Shown here piece after piece: positions 25,441 through 38,815 of a stretch of DNA of 64,000 nt. The first letter of the stretch is position 1. Every line of letters begins with the position of its first letter. The position numbers and the translations under genes were made by a program. The notes beneath the pieces were generated by a model, which made no database searches, was not told where the DNA came from, and saw only the letters and a program-made list of their open reading frames with translations. This stretch comes from Macrostomum hystrix (lineage: Eukaryota > Animalia > Platyhelminthes), in assembly GCA_950097015.1 (NCBI GenBank), contig CATNEN010000007.1:3596001-3660000 (forward strand). Reading direction: 5' to 3'.

Positions 25441-26123
25441 ATCCGCGACCACGCATTTCTTGAGACCGTGATCCCCTGATCTACTTTTGAAACTCTGAGA
25501 TTTCAATAATCAATTTGCTCTTTGTATCCATGCTTTTCTAATTCCTCAAATTACTCATTACTTATTACTCATCACTCATTTACGCATTTCAATTAAGTTT
25601 CGTTAGTTATCTGCTTTTAATTGACTTTAACATCCTAAGAGCTCAGAAAACAGCGGATAGCCGCAGTACGTCGTACCAAGTGTATTTGAGTGTTTGTATG
25701 CTGAACTTACCATCGTCAAAGAACATTTCGAGACGCAGCGATTTTGATTTGTATCGGATTGAAATACAGCTCACTAAACTCAGAAGTCAGCTCAAAAAGC
25801 GCTAAAAATGGCTTCGAAATTTAAGCCAATTTTGCACTTGTTTCTGCTCGATAAACGAGAAAGTAAAAAAGGCACAACAAATAAATATATTTCTACTTAG
25901 CCAGAAATTTTAGTACCTTGAAACAACCCACGCCGTACGAGCTAGAGTGGAAGGCTGATTGTAGCTCGTACGCAACAGCGCTTTTGCACTTTGGGGTTGG
26001 AGAGTACATAGCCACAGCTGTACGCGCACCGCGTACTCAATTGCAAGTCCAGCCACCTTTAGCAGTGTTTGCAAAAACACAGCCGCTTTGTATCCCTTTG
26101 GCCGCGCATTAAAGTAAGCAAGT

Positions 26124-26157
<34 letters not shown>

Positions 26158-27456
26158 ATGCATAGCCCACTTATTGGGACTCGCGTATGCATAGTGACCC
26201 GTGCTCTTGGGCCGAAATAAGTGTTGGGCCAGGCCCAAGAAGTGCGTCCAACACTGCCAAAAATTTGGAGCTATTAGGAAAAAAAAATATCCACTGAAAC
26301 CGCATTTTTTTTGTCCAAAAGAAAAAATTCATTTTTTTCATTTGCAATTGAAGATTTTTTATTAATCTAATAATAATTGCTGGCCCAATAATGTGAAAAC
26401 TGATGCAAACAAACGTAACTGACCCAATAGTGTTGTTCGGACAAAATGCGAATTATGTGCTCTAGCATTTTTGAATCGAATTTTCAAAGCCGCTACTGAT
26501 AGTAGTATTTTCGAATTCGTTTTAGGCGGCTCGCTTTTAAAACTCGCGTTCAATGAGACTGACTCCCCTCTGTATTTCTAATGCACAGTGGCTGTGTGAC
26601 TAGGAAGTAATGAATGTTACGTTGATTGTGAAACTGTACTTCTGTCCATAAAAATCCCCGACTGCAACTGAATGTGCAGGTATAGCCTTTTAGTTATTTA
26701 CAATTTATAACGCTAGTTACAGGATGGAGGGTGGGAGCTTTGTTTGACGACAGAATGCAAAATCTAGAATATTCATGCGTTCATATTAGAGATTTTAACA
26801 CAGTTAAAATTATTGTATTATTCGTAGTGCAATGCAAAAGAGCTATGCGCTTTTAAAGATTTAGTATTTTAGCATTGTCGCATTAGACATTACTAAATTC
26901 CCAAATATTTATCTACCAATTTAAAAGAACTTTTAACTAAGATTCAAATTCACTTATGGAGTCCAGAAGCTGACTAAACAGAACAGTGAGAACTCATACT
27001 CCTAAAATGAAAACATTTTTGCTCAATGAATCAAAGGCATCGATTCTACAAGAATCAAATTCCAGATGACAAGTTGTGGCACTATGTATTGCCTATATTT
27101 TACTAGCGCGCAGCTCTTAAAGGCTGTCTTCAAAATGCCATCAGTTTATCACACATGCAGACTTATGCCTATGGATCATTTAAAAGGGCCTCGTGTTCTG
27201 GGGTTGTTGTTGTTGACCTGAAAGTGTTGGGACAGCCTATTGGGGGGCTCTTGCTCTATCCACTGAATTAATCGATAACGCCCCATCTACATTTAATTGG
27301 ACGCCTTGTTTCACACCCTGTACAATTTCACAAACCCCTAAAATCTTTTACCCGTCTGAACCAGTAAGAAATGAACGACATACAAGCCCTACTAAGCCAA
27401 AGAGGGTGGACCCCTGTTCTGTCTTTATTAGCATAAAAAAACTAGTGAAAAGCTTT

Positions 27457-27553
27457 TTAAGTGACTGCTTCGATCCTTAGTATTTTAAGTGACTGCTTCG
27501 ATCCTTAGTATTTTAAGTGACTGCTTCGATCCTTAGTATTTTAAGTGACTGCT
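27457..27553. repeat. 28-bp tandem repeat (GTGACTGCTTCGATCCTTAGTATTTTAA), about 3.5 copies, just upstream of the ATG
   Basis: Directly visible; each unit carries a TTTTAAG acceptor-like site. Confidence 0.9.
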
Positions 27554-27563
27554 TGTCGCCACA

Positions 27564-30500
27564 ATGAGGCGACAAGCGAACAAGAAGGGAAGAAAGAAAA
27601 AGAAAGACTCTTCAGAATCAGAATACCATCCGAACTTTCGCGTGGAAGTAAGGTTCGACAAGAGGCACCCATCTTATGGCCAAACGAATGTTGTATATTT
27701 GAAAGACTTGACATACTCGGGCAAGCTGTGCCATGGCACCAGAGTCTCAATGGCTTGGAAAGCGAAGGAGTGGTTCGGTACCGTCACAAATATGTAAGTA
27801 GCAAATTACTTTCCAACATTTGTCTTTCTTTGTTCGCTTAACATTTTGAGACCACTAGCCAAAAGCAATTTTGATTTTCGGAACACTGCTTTGCAGATAT
27901 GTCGACGTTGATCCGCTTCCAGCTGGTGCAGTTACCTCGGGACTTCGCACTACACTAACAGGTAGGCGGCGAATAAACTTCTGGAATTCACTGAATCAAA
28001 AAGCCTATAGCGTATAGATATATTTCACCTAAAAGAGATGCAATATGCTTTATGCAGTTTAGGGAATATGAACGTACTCGAACTTAAATTTGATTTCGTG
28101 AAATTTACGGAATATAAAACGCGCCTTTATAAAGAGCATCAAGAACTGTACATTTCGATGCAATCCCAATCTACGATCATTACAGCTGAAGAACTTAGTC
28201 AAGGCAAAACTCCCGGCGATTGCTTTGAGGACTATTATATTGGTAAGTAATAAAAGCATTGTCACCAAAATTAAGAAAAAACCCGATTCGATTCGATATT
28301 AAAAAACTCACACGTTACAGAAAAGGAGAAGGAGTACATAAATAAACAACTCAGCGAAAAATCCAGTCAGTCCAAGAGAGAAAACTACGCTGATTCTGAG
28401 AGACAAGTCAGCTGCCTTGATTCGCTTCCTCCTGCAGCTTCACACACTGCCAAACTGGACGATCTCAGCAGCGCCTCCAATCGATCCGCTGATTATGAGA
28501 GACAAGTCAGCTGCCTTGATTCGCTTCCTCCTGCAGCTTCACACACTGCCAAACTGGACGATCTCAGCAGCGCCTCCAATCGATCCGCTGATTATGAGAG
28601 ACAAGTCAGCTGCCTTGATTCGCTTCCTCCTGCAGCTTCACACACTGCCAAACTGGACGATGTTAGCAGCGCCTCCGATCGACCTGGTGAGTCCCGCTTG
28701 ACAATGCCATATGAATAAGAGCTAAAACAGACCAATTTTAGCATTGAAATATTAAAAACGCATTTCCTGGAACACTGCTGAAAGACACTAAACAGTCGGC
28801 ATTTTTCAGCTTAGAAGACAGGGCATTGTTGGGACATGCAGTTCAAAGTGTGTTCTGATAAAACAGGGCATTTTTAGGACATGCAGAACAAAGTGTGTCG
28901 CGATAAAACAGGGCATTGTTGGGACATGCAGATCAAAGTGTGTTTCGATTCAACAGGGCATTGTTGGGACACAAGAGATTATGTAAAGTGCATGCAGGAG
29001 ATAAAAGTGTTCAATGTTTTCTCCCTTGTGTGCAGATTCGGTTGCTAAGGAAAAGAAGAAGCGAGGCAGCAGCGGCAACGGCCCTTCGGCTCCAAAGTCT
29101 GTCAAATTTGACGATGTCAGCGGCGCCTCAAATCGATCCGCTAATTCTGAGAGCGGAAGCGTCGGTGTCGATTCGCTTCCTTCTGCAGCTTCACAGACTG
29201 CCAAACTGGACGATCTCAGCAGCGCCTCCAATCGATCCTCTGATTCTGAGAGACAAGTCAGCTGCATTGATTCGTTTCCTCCTGCAGCTTCACACACTGC
29301 CAAACTGGACGATCTCAGCAGCGCCTCCAATCGATCCGCTGATTATGAGAGACAAGTCAGCTGCCTTGATTCGCTTCCTCCTGCAGCTTCACACACTGCC
29401 AAACTGGACGATCTCAGCAGCGCCTCCAATCGATCCGCTGATTATGAGAGACAAGTCAGCTGCCTTGATTCGCTTCCTCCTGCAGCTTCACACACTGCCA
29501 AACTGGACGATGTTAGCAGCGCCTCCGATCGACCTGGTGAGTCCCGCTTGACAATGCCATATGAATAAGAGCTAAAACAGACCAATTTTAGCATTGAAAT
29601 ATTAAAAACGCATTTCCTGGAACACTGCTGAAAGACACTAAACAGTCGGCATTTTTCAGCTTAGAAGACAGGGCATTGTTGGGACATGCAGTTCAAAGTG
29701 TGTTCTGATAAAACAGGGCATTTTTAGGACATGCAGAACAAAGCGTGTCGCGATAAAACAGGGCATTGTTGGGACATGCAGATCAAAGTGTGTTTCGATT
29801 CAACAGGGCATTGTTGGGACACAAGAGATTATGTAAAGTGCATGCAGGAGATAAAAGTGTTCAATGTTTTCTCCCTTGTGTGCAGATTCGGTTGCTAAGG
29901 AAAAGAAGAAGCGAGGCAGCAGCGGCAACGGCCCTTCGGCTCCAAAGTCTGTCAAATTTGACGATGTCAGCGGCGCCTCAAATCGATCCGCTAATTCTGA
30001 GAGCGGAAGCGTCGGTGTCGATTCGCTTCCTTCTGCAGCTTCACAGACTGCCAAACTGGACGATCTCAGCAGCGCCTCCAATCGATCCGCTGATTCTGAG
30101 AGACAAGTCAGCTGCATTGATTCGTTTCCTCCTGCAGCTTCACACACTGCCAAACTGGACGATCTCAGCAGCGCCTCCAATCGATCCGCTGATTATGAGA
30201 GACAAGTCAGCTGCCTTGATTCGCTTCCTCCTGCAGCTTCACACACTGCCAAACTGGACGATCTCAGCAGCGCCTCCAATCGATCCGCTGATTATGAGAG
30301 ACAAGTCAGCTGCCTTGATTCGCTTCCTCCTGCAGCTTCACACACTGCCAAACTGGACGATCTCAGCAGCGCCTCCAATCGATCCTCTGATTCTGAGAGA
30401 CAAGTCAGCTGCCTTGATTCGCTTCCTCCTGCAGCTTCACACACTGCCAAACTGGACGATGTTAGCAGCGCCTCCGATCGACCTGGTGAGTCCCGCTTGA

Positions 30501-33500
30501 CAATGCCATATGAATAAGAGCTAAAACAGACCAATTTCAGCATTGAAATATTAAAAACGCATTTCCTGGAACACTGCTGAAAGACACTAAACAGTCGGCA
30601 TTTTTCAGCTTAGAAGACAGGGCATTGTTGGGACATGCAGTTCAAAGTGTGTTCTGATAAAACAGGGCATTTTTAGGACATGCAGAACAAAGTGTCGCGA
30701 TAAAACAGGGCATTGTTGGGACATGCAGATCAAAGTGTGTTTCGATTCAACAGGGCATTGTTGGGACACAAGAGATTATGTAAAGTGCATGCAGGAGATA
30801 AAAGTGTTCAATGTTTTCTCCCTTGTGTGCAGATTCGGTTGCTAAGGAAAAGAAGAAGCGAGGCAGCAGCGGCAACGGCCCTTCGGCTCCAAAGTCTGTC
30901 AAATTTGACGATGTCAGCGGCGCCTCAAATCGATCCGCTAATTCTGAGAGCGGAAGCGTCGGTGTCGATTCGCTTCCTTCTGCAGCTTCACAGACTGCCA
31001 AACTGGACGATCTCAGCAGCGCCTCCAATCGATCCGCTGATTCTGAGAGACAAGTCAGCTGCATTGATTCGTTTCCTCCTGCAGCTTCACACGCTGCCAA
31101 ACTGGACGATCTCAGCAGCGCCTCCAATCGATCCGCTGATTATGAGAGACAAGTCAGCTGCCTTGATTCGCTTCCTCCTGCAGCTTCACACACTGCCAAA
31201 CTGGACGATGTTAGCAGCGCCTCCGATCGACCTGGTGAGTCCCGCTTGACAATGCCATATGAATAAGAGCTAAAACAGACCAATTTTAGCATTGAAATAT
31301 TAAAAACGCATTTCCTGGAACACTGCTGAAAGACACTAAACAGTCGGCATTTTTCAGCTTAGAAGACAGGGCATTGTTGGGACATGCAGTTCAAAGTGTG
31401 TTCTGATAAAACAGGGCATTTTTAGGACATGCAGAACAAAGCGTGTCGCGATAAAACAGGGCATTGTTGGGACATGCAGATCAAAGTGTGTTTCGATTCA
31501 ACAGGGCATTGTTGGGACACAAGAGATTATGTAAAGTGCATGCAGGAGATAAAAGTGTTCAATGTTTTCTCCCTTGTGTGCAGATTCGGTTGCTAAGGAA
31601 AAGAAGAAGCGAGGCAGCAGCGGCAACGGCCCTTCGGCTCCAAAGTCTGTCAAATTTGACGATGTCAGCGGCGCCTCAAATCGATCCGCTAATTCTGAGA
31701 GCGGAAGCGTCGGTGTCGATTCGCTTCCTTCTGCAGCTTCACAGACTGCCAAACTGGACGATCTCAGCAGCGCCTCCAATCGATCCGCTGATTCTGAGAG
31801 ACAAGTCAGCTGCATTGATTCGTTTCCTCCTGCAGCTTCACACACTGCCAAACTGGACGATCTCAGCAGCGCCTCCAATCGATCCGCTGATTATGAGAGA
31901 CAAGTCAGCTGCCTTGATTCGCTTCCTCCTGCAGCTTCACACACTGCCAAACTGGACGATCTCAGCAGCGCCTCCAATCGATCCGCTGATTATGAGAGAC
32001 AAGTCAGCTGCCTTGATTCGCTTCCTCCTGCAGCTTCACACACTGCCAAACTGGACGATCTCAGCAGCGCCTCCAATCGATCCTCTGATTCTGAGAGACA
32101 AGTCAGCTGCCTTGATTCGCTTCCTCCTGCAGCTTCACACACTGCCAAACTGGACGATGTTAGCAGCGCCTCCGATCGACCTGGTGAGTCCCGCTTGACA
32201 ATGCCATATGAATAAGAGCTAAAACAGACCAATTTCAGCATTGAAATATTAAAAACGCATTTCCTGGAACACTGCTGAAAGACACTAAACAGTCGGCATT
32301 TTTCAGCTTAGAAGACAGGGCATTGTTGGGACATGCAGTTCAAAGTGTGTTCTGATAAAACAGGGCATTTTTAGGACATGCAGAACAAAGTGTCGCGATA
32401 AAACAGGGCATTGTTGGGACATGCAGATCAAAGTGTGTTTCGATTCAACAGGGCATTGTTGGGACACAAGAGATTATGTAAAGTGCATGCAGGAGATAAA
32501 AGTGTTCAATGTTTTCTCCCTTGTGTGCAGATTCGGTTGCTAAGGAAAAGAAGAAGCGAGGCAGCAGCGGCAACGGCCCTTCGGCTCCAAAGTCTGTCAA
32601 ATTTGACGATGTCAGCGGCGCCTCAAATCGATCCGCTAATTCTGAGAGCGGAAGCGTCGGTGTCGATTCGCTTCCTTCTGCAGCTTCACAGACTGCCAAA
32701 CTGGACGATCTCAGCAGCGCGTCCAATCGATCCGCTGATTCTGAGAGACAAGTCAGCTGCATTGATTCGTTTCCTCCTGCAGCTTCACACACTGCCAAAC
32801 TGGACGATGTTAGCAGCGCCTCCGATCGACCTGGTGAGTCCCGCTTGACAATGCCATATGAATAAGAGCTAAAACAGACCAATTTTAGCATTGAAATATT
32901 AAAAACGCATTTCCTGGAACACTGCTGAAAGACACTAAACAGTCGGCATTTTTCAGCTTAGAAGACAGGGCATTGTTGGGACATGCAGTTCAAAGTGTGT
33001 TCTGATAAAACAGGGCATTTTTAGGACATGCAGAACAAAGTGTGTCGCGATAAAACAGGGCATTGTTGGGACATGCAGATCAAAGTGTGTTTCGATTCAA
33101 CAGGGCATTGTTGGGACACAAGAGATTATGTAAAGTGCATGCAGGAGATAAAAGTGTTCAATGTTTTCTCCCTTGTGTGCAGATTCGGTTGCTAAGGAAA
33201 AGAAGAAGCGAGGCAGCAGCGGCAACGGCCCTTCGGCTCCAAAGTCTGTCAAATTTGACGATGTCAGCGGCGCCTCAAATCGATCCGCTAATTCTGAGAG
33301 CGGAAGCGTCGGTGTCGATTCGCTTCCTTCTGCAGCTTCACAGACTGCCAAACTGGACGATCTCAGCAGCGCCTCCAATCGATCCGCTGATTCTGAGAGA
33401 CAAGTCAGCTGCATTGATTCGTTTCCTCCTGCAGCTTCACACACTGCCAAACTGGACGATCTCAGCAGCGCCTCCAATCGATCCGCTGATTCTGAGAGAC

Positions 33501-36500
33501 AAGTCAGCTGCCTTGATTCGCTTCCTCCTGCAGCTTCACACACTGCCAAACTGGACGATGTTAGCAGCGCCTCCGATCGACCTGGTGAGTCCCGCTTGAC
33601 AATGCCATATGAATAAGAGCTAAAACAGACCTATTTCAGAGTTGAAATATTAAAAACGCATTTCCTGGAACACTGCTGAAAGACACTAAACAGTCGACAT
33701 TTTTCAGCTTAGAAGACAGGGCATTGTTGGGACATGCAGTTCAAAGTGTGTTTTGATTAAACAGGGCATTGTTGGGACATGCAGATCAAAGTGTGTTTCG
33801 ATTAAACAGGGCATTGTTGGGACATGCAGATCAAAGTGTGTTCCGATTCAACAGGGCATTGTTGGGACACAAGAGATTATGTAAAGTGCATGCAGGAGTT
33901 AAGAGTGTTCAATGTTTTCTCCTTTGTGTGCAGATTCGGTTGCTAAGAAAAAAAAGAAGCGAGGCAGCAGCGGCAACGGCCCTTTGGCTCCAAAGTCTGT
34001 CAAATTTGACGATGTCAGCAGCGCCTCTGATCGATCACCTGAGTTCAGGGGCAACGTCGGGACAGGCGTGATGTTTGAGAAGTTGTCTTTTGTTGGCCAT
34101 TCTCAATGTTCTATTGAGGCTGACGCATTTTTGGGCGTGGCAGATGATGCTGCAACGTTTGCTCTTCTTGAACCAGTTACTGCAACGTTTACTCGAAGTG
34201 GATTGTCTTTTGCTGCTGGTTGCGGTGACCCGTATGCTTTGTCACCGTGTGACTCAGCCCAAGGCCTGGTGGATTCTGACTGTAATCTGGTTAATTGTGA
34301 ACTAACCGAAGTTCCTGTCGAACATGTTTTACGTGATTTTAGCGATCTATCAATGCCATCTCAGCTTGTGAACTATGTTAGTACCGAAGAAGTAAAACAT
34401 CATGAAAGTAGTCTTCATTCTCATCACGGTGATATGTTTGGCCCTCAGACGACACATGAAGTTTTACCTGAAGGCGGCTCAACTGTAAGACAAATCGAAG
34501 AGAACTCTGAATCTGTAGACTTTGATTTGCCGTGTAAAGCAGAAAAATGTCAACCTAAAGGCAGTGTAGTTTTGCAGAAGTTTGTTTCCTCGATTACCAA
34601 GATCCACCACTGCAAGTATTGTGGCAAAATGTTGACAAAAATCTCGAGACATTATAAAACTTCTCACAAGAAGGAATCTGATGTTATGCGCATACTTAAG
34701 ATGCACAACAAGTCACGCCGAAAGAGGGCGTTTAAAGCTTTAGAAATTGAAGGCGACTTCGTTCATAATAGAATAGTGTTAGCAAAGCAAGAGGGAGAAC
34801 TGATAATTGCTAGGCGGCAAAAGGACGATGAAAACAGTCCGGATGACTTTTTGCCTTGTCATACGTGTTTTCAATTCATAAAAAAAGATCTTCTTTACCG
34901 ACACAAGAATACTTGCTCAGGAAGCCTGCACGATATTCTTGAGGAAGACAGCAATGACAATGAAAGTGAGGATTCAATAGACTCTGCGAAGTCAATGCAG
35001 GAAAAAGAAAACCGAAGTGTATCGACCAAATACTGCCAGCAGCTGTCACGCCTTCTATTGTCAAATCCGGCAGCGGGATCGAATCTCTTAGATCCTGAGT
35101 CAGAACTCTACAAGACCGTGCTGTCGAAGCTTGCTGCTGACGAGGTTTTTGATGTTATTTGTACGGAGGATCTTATTCTTCGTCTCGGAGAGCGGTATAG
35201 ATCAAAGCAGAAGAAGCTTAATCGGCAGCATGTTTCAAGCGTTATCAGAGATGCTGCACGCATCTTAATCGAGCTTCGGAAAATTCACGGAAATCATAGC
35301 TTGAAGCATTTCTTACAGCCACACTTTTTCGACGACTGGATCGACATAATAAGAAAATTATCTAAAGATGCACCATCATTTGCACTTCGAGCAGGAAATT
35401 TTATTCCTCATCTATGCAACATAGTGATTGGAGACGCCATCCGTAAAGGGGATGATAGTTTAAAAAAGTCAACGTCCGATTTCCTTACGTTGAAAACCAC
35501 GGAGTACCATCCACTTGTCACCGCTAAATGCTTGAAAGAACTAAACGATAAAGCATCACGTCCACAGGACTCAGTGCCTCTGACGGAGGACATCGTCGCC
35601 GTCTCTACTTTTATTAAATCCGCAATCGCTAGAACAATTGAGGAGGCAGAAGATGCGCTAAAATGTAGTAAATCGCCAATGCCTCGTTTGTATCGCGAGC
35701 TTGTTTACTTGGTAATGACAAAACTAGCATTTTACAACCGACGTCGCTCAAGCGAGATTTCTGAATTGGATTTTGATCTTCTAAAGTCCATGCATCAATC
35801 CCACACGCATGAGGATTTGCATAAGTACATGTCACCGCTAGAGCAGAAACTGGCTAGCAGATTAAAAATTGTCAACATAGCAGGGAAGAAAGGCCGCTCC
35901 GTCCCAATACTAATTGAACAGCTTTGCTGGAATGGAATCCTTTGCATTGAAAAGTGCAGAAAACAGGCCGGAGTTAAGGACAACAACAACTTCGTATTCG
36001 CCATTCCGGGCTACGATGAGTCTGTATACCGCTGTTCAGTTGCGATCGACCAAGTTGTACGCCTCGGTAACTTGGAGTTGAAGAGACCGGAATTACTACG
36101 ATCAAGATATTTGAGACGCCACTGCGCTACTGTTTCACAACTGCTTGATTTGACGTCAGCAGAACTAGACTGGCTTGCACGGCACCTTGGACATGACATA
36201 ACAGTTCACAGGCAGTACTACAGAATGCACCAAAACACACTTGAGTTGACCAAAGTTTCACGAATTCTGGAAATTATGGACAGCGGAAAACTTGGTCACT
36301 TTAAGGGCCGAAAACTCGAGGACATTACTTTAGAAGAAATGGACAGTGTGCTACCCATCGGAGCCGACGAAATCGACGTAGAAGCCTCTGCGTCCGCTGA
36401 ACAAAGTAAGCAGCCGAAGCGAAGCAGCAGCAACGATTATTCAAACGATTGCTCGCCTTTAACGGTTGCTAAAGTCAGTCCAAGTCAGTCCAAGAGAGTT

Positions 36501-37248
36501 GGCCTCAGCAATCAAGGTCCAACGACTGCCCAACATGGCGACAGGTCACCACCGTCCAGCAAAGAAGACGGCATCACAGACAAGTTTTCCCGGAGAGTTG
36601 AAAAGGCAAACGCGAAACATTCAAAGGAAGCTTCGAAGTCAGGTGAGGAGACGATAAAATAAAATAAATATCGTAATATATTCAGCTTGAAATCCTATAT
36701 AAATAGGAGCTAAAGCAGGGCTGATAAACTTTTCGGTGTTAATATTAAAAACGCATTTCCTGGAACACTCCTGAAACTGAAAGACACTAAACAGTCGGCA
36801 TCTCTCAGCTTAGAAAACAGGGCATTGTTGGGACATGCAGATCAAAGTGTAATGTGATTGTATTGAAGAGCACATTGTTAGGATATGCAGACCAAAATGT
36901 GTGTTCTCATTGTGTGAACTCCCTGATAGTGTTTTGACGACTTAGTGCTAGGTTATGTTATTGCTGTATGTATGGTAGGTATGGTATGGTATCTTATTTA
37001 AGTTAGATATTGCAGTGTTCCGCATTGCCTCATTACGTGCATATGTCTACTTTCCTTTTTCAGCAAAGCGGCTCACAGATGAACAGAAGAAGGATATGTG
37101 CGAGGCATTCGCTCACTTCATTCAACAAGGCACTCTTCCTGGGAAGAAGGATATTCTGGAGCTGCGGCCTGATTCGATGGCTAACATTGAATGGAAAAAA
37201 ATCAAAGACAATTTGAGGGTAGCAGTGGTTAAGGCTCGCAACAATTAG
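27564..37248 (+). CDS. Multi-exon tyrosine recombinase-domain protein, predicted about 2180 aa
   Basis: Exons 27564-27793, 27897-27961, 28063-28242, 28321-28686, 29036-29536, 29886-30485, 30833-31234, 31584-32183, 32531-32833, 33183-33584, 33934-36642 and 37064-37248. All are GT-AG and sum to 6543 nt in one frame. YR motifs: YNRRRSSEI (R), GKKGR (K), YLRRH (R), RHLGH (H), HRQYY (Y). Also CxxC..H..H and CxxC..H..C zinc-finger-like motifs. Confidence 0.8.
28395..33935 (+). repeat. Nested tandem array: six intron+exon units (652-947 bp), each exon with 1-4 extra 99-bp repeats
   Basis: Exon lengths 501, 600, 402, 600, 303 and 402 fit 204+99n; introns are 347-349 bp and near-identical. Confidence 0.95.
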
Positions 37249-38224
37249 TAAAAGAAGTTATTCGGCTTTCTTGCTTTTCGGGACTAATAGTTGCAATTTT
37301 CTGAATTAAAAAAAGAGCTATTACTTATCAAATGAGATAAATTACATGACATCAACAAAATGATGCTTCAAACACAGGATATGTGTCGTTTGTATGTAAT
37401 TTTGTGTAGCAAAGGACTCTGGGTGGACAACATTTGTATCAGAAGGTTTTTTAAGCTAGTTTATTGGTCTTGCTGTTACTTTTATATTAGTAGACTCAGT
37501 CTGAATATTATTGTTAGTAAGATGCGAGGATTTTAATTCAATGCCCTTTTCACTGCTGGTACAACAGTACCAATACAAAACAGTACAACAGTAAATTACG
37601 GAAGCTCTGTACCTTTTTGGAAAGGAGAAGAAAAAAGATTTACAGCTATTTACATCAGTAGACACTAGACAATGACCAATAAGGAGTGCGTGCTAGCTTT
37701 GCTTTGGGCGGCGGGCGGGTCTAGCTGTCAATATTTGTCATTGTTCTTTTATTTTCATTGTAATTTCATTATCCTTTCAATATTGTCTGTTTTTTTCACG
37801 CTTTATGCCCAATAATCAATTCATCGTGAACTTATTCAGATATAATCATTTTAATGTTTTATTAAAAGAAACAGACGAGCATGAGCAGGAAACAATGCCA
37901 CCTTGCACACACTACTGCTACAGAATGGAATGGATGGCTGGGGAAGGGGCACGGAGCAGCTGATGGGCTACAGGCACTGCGGCACTTTCGATCCGCTTTA
38001 ACAAGAAAATAAAGGGAGGGAATTTTCCCCAGCGCGATAAAAAGATTCCTTATTGATTTAATGCGTGATAAAATAGGATTAGACAAATAGCTACCAGTTT
38101 CTATTGCCATGCTACTTTTGAGACTACTGTTGTCTAATCATTTTATCACTAATTAAATCAATTAGTATGCTTTTATCGCTTTTCGTGTTTAATCATCAGT
38201 GATTTATTATTTTCGTGCTTCTTT

Positions 38225-38815
38225 GTATGTCTCATCTATTTTATCGCCAGTTAAATCAATTATTTCATTTTATTGCTTTCTATGCCTTATCTTCTACTTA
38301 TCGCAGTTTAATTCAGCAGTTATCATTTTAATGCCTCTTTTAATGTCTAATTATCCATTTTATCGCCATTTAAATCAATTATTTCATTTTTATTGCTCTC
38401 TATGCCTAATCTTCTACTTATCGCAGTTTAATTCAGCAGTTATCATTTTAATGCCTCTTTTAATGTCTAATTATCCATTTTATCGCCATTTAAATCAATT
38501 ATTTCATTTTTATTGCTCTCTATGCCTAATCTTCTACTTATCGCAGTTTAATTCAGCAGTTATCATTTTAATGCCTCTTTTTTAATGTCTAATTATCCAT
38601 TTTATCGCCATTTAAATCAATTATTTCATTTTATTGCTTTCTATGCCTAATCTTCTACTTATCGCAGTTTAATTCAGCAGTTATCATTTTAATGCCTTTT
38701 TTTAAATGTCTAATTATCCATTTTATCGCCATTTAAATCAATGATTTCATTTTTATTGCTTTCTATGCTTAATCTTCTACTTATCGCAGTTTAATTCAGC
38801 AGTTATCATTTAAAG
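38225..38815. repeat. About 120-bp AT-rich tandem repeat, about 5 copies, inside the right arm of the YR element
   Basis: TTAATTCAGCAGTTATCATTTTAATG recurs with a period of about 120. Confidence 0.9.

Noticed and set aside
25934-26035. Helitron 3' end (hairpins CGTACGAGCTA/TAGCTCGTACG and GTACGCG/CGCGTAC)
   Set aside because: No CTRR terminus at the expected distance and no matching 5' TC end were identified.
28916-33599. Alternative-frame and antisense ORFs in the cassette array (MLGHADQSVF..., MEALLRSSSL...)
   Set aside because: They are by-products of the repeat. Only the DSVAKEKKKR frame is bounded by consistent splice sites and joins the YR exon.
33912-36662. Bacterial or phage integrase from a prophage or contaminant
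   Set aside because: The ORF is bounded by spliceosomal sites that join in frame to flanking exons, and there are no phage genes or prokaryotic gene density.
37862-38110. Second, antisense gene inside the YR element
   Set aside because: Only 82 aa, with no recognisable motif and no convincing splice partners. It cannot be supported, though it is not excluded.
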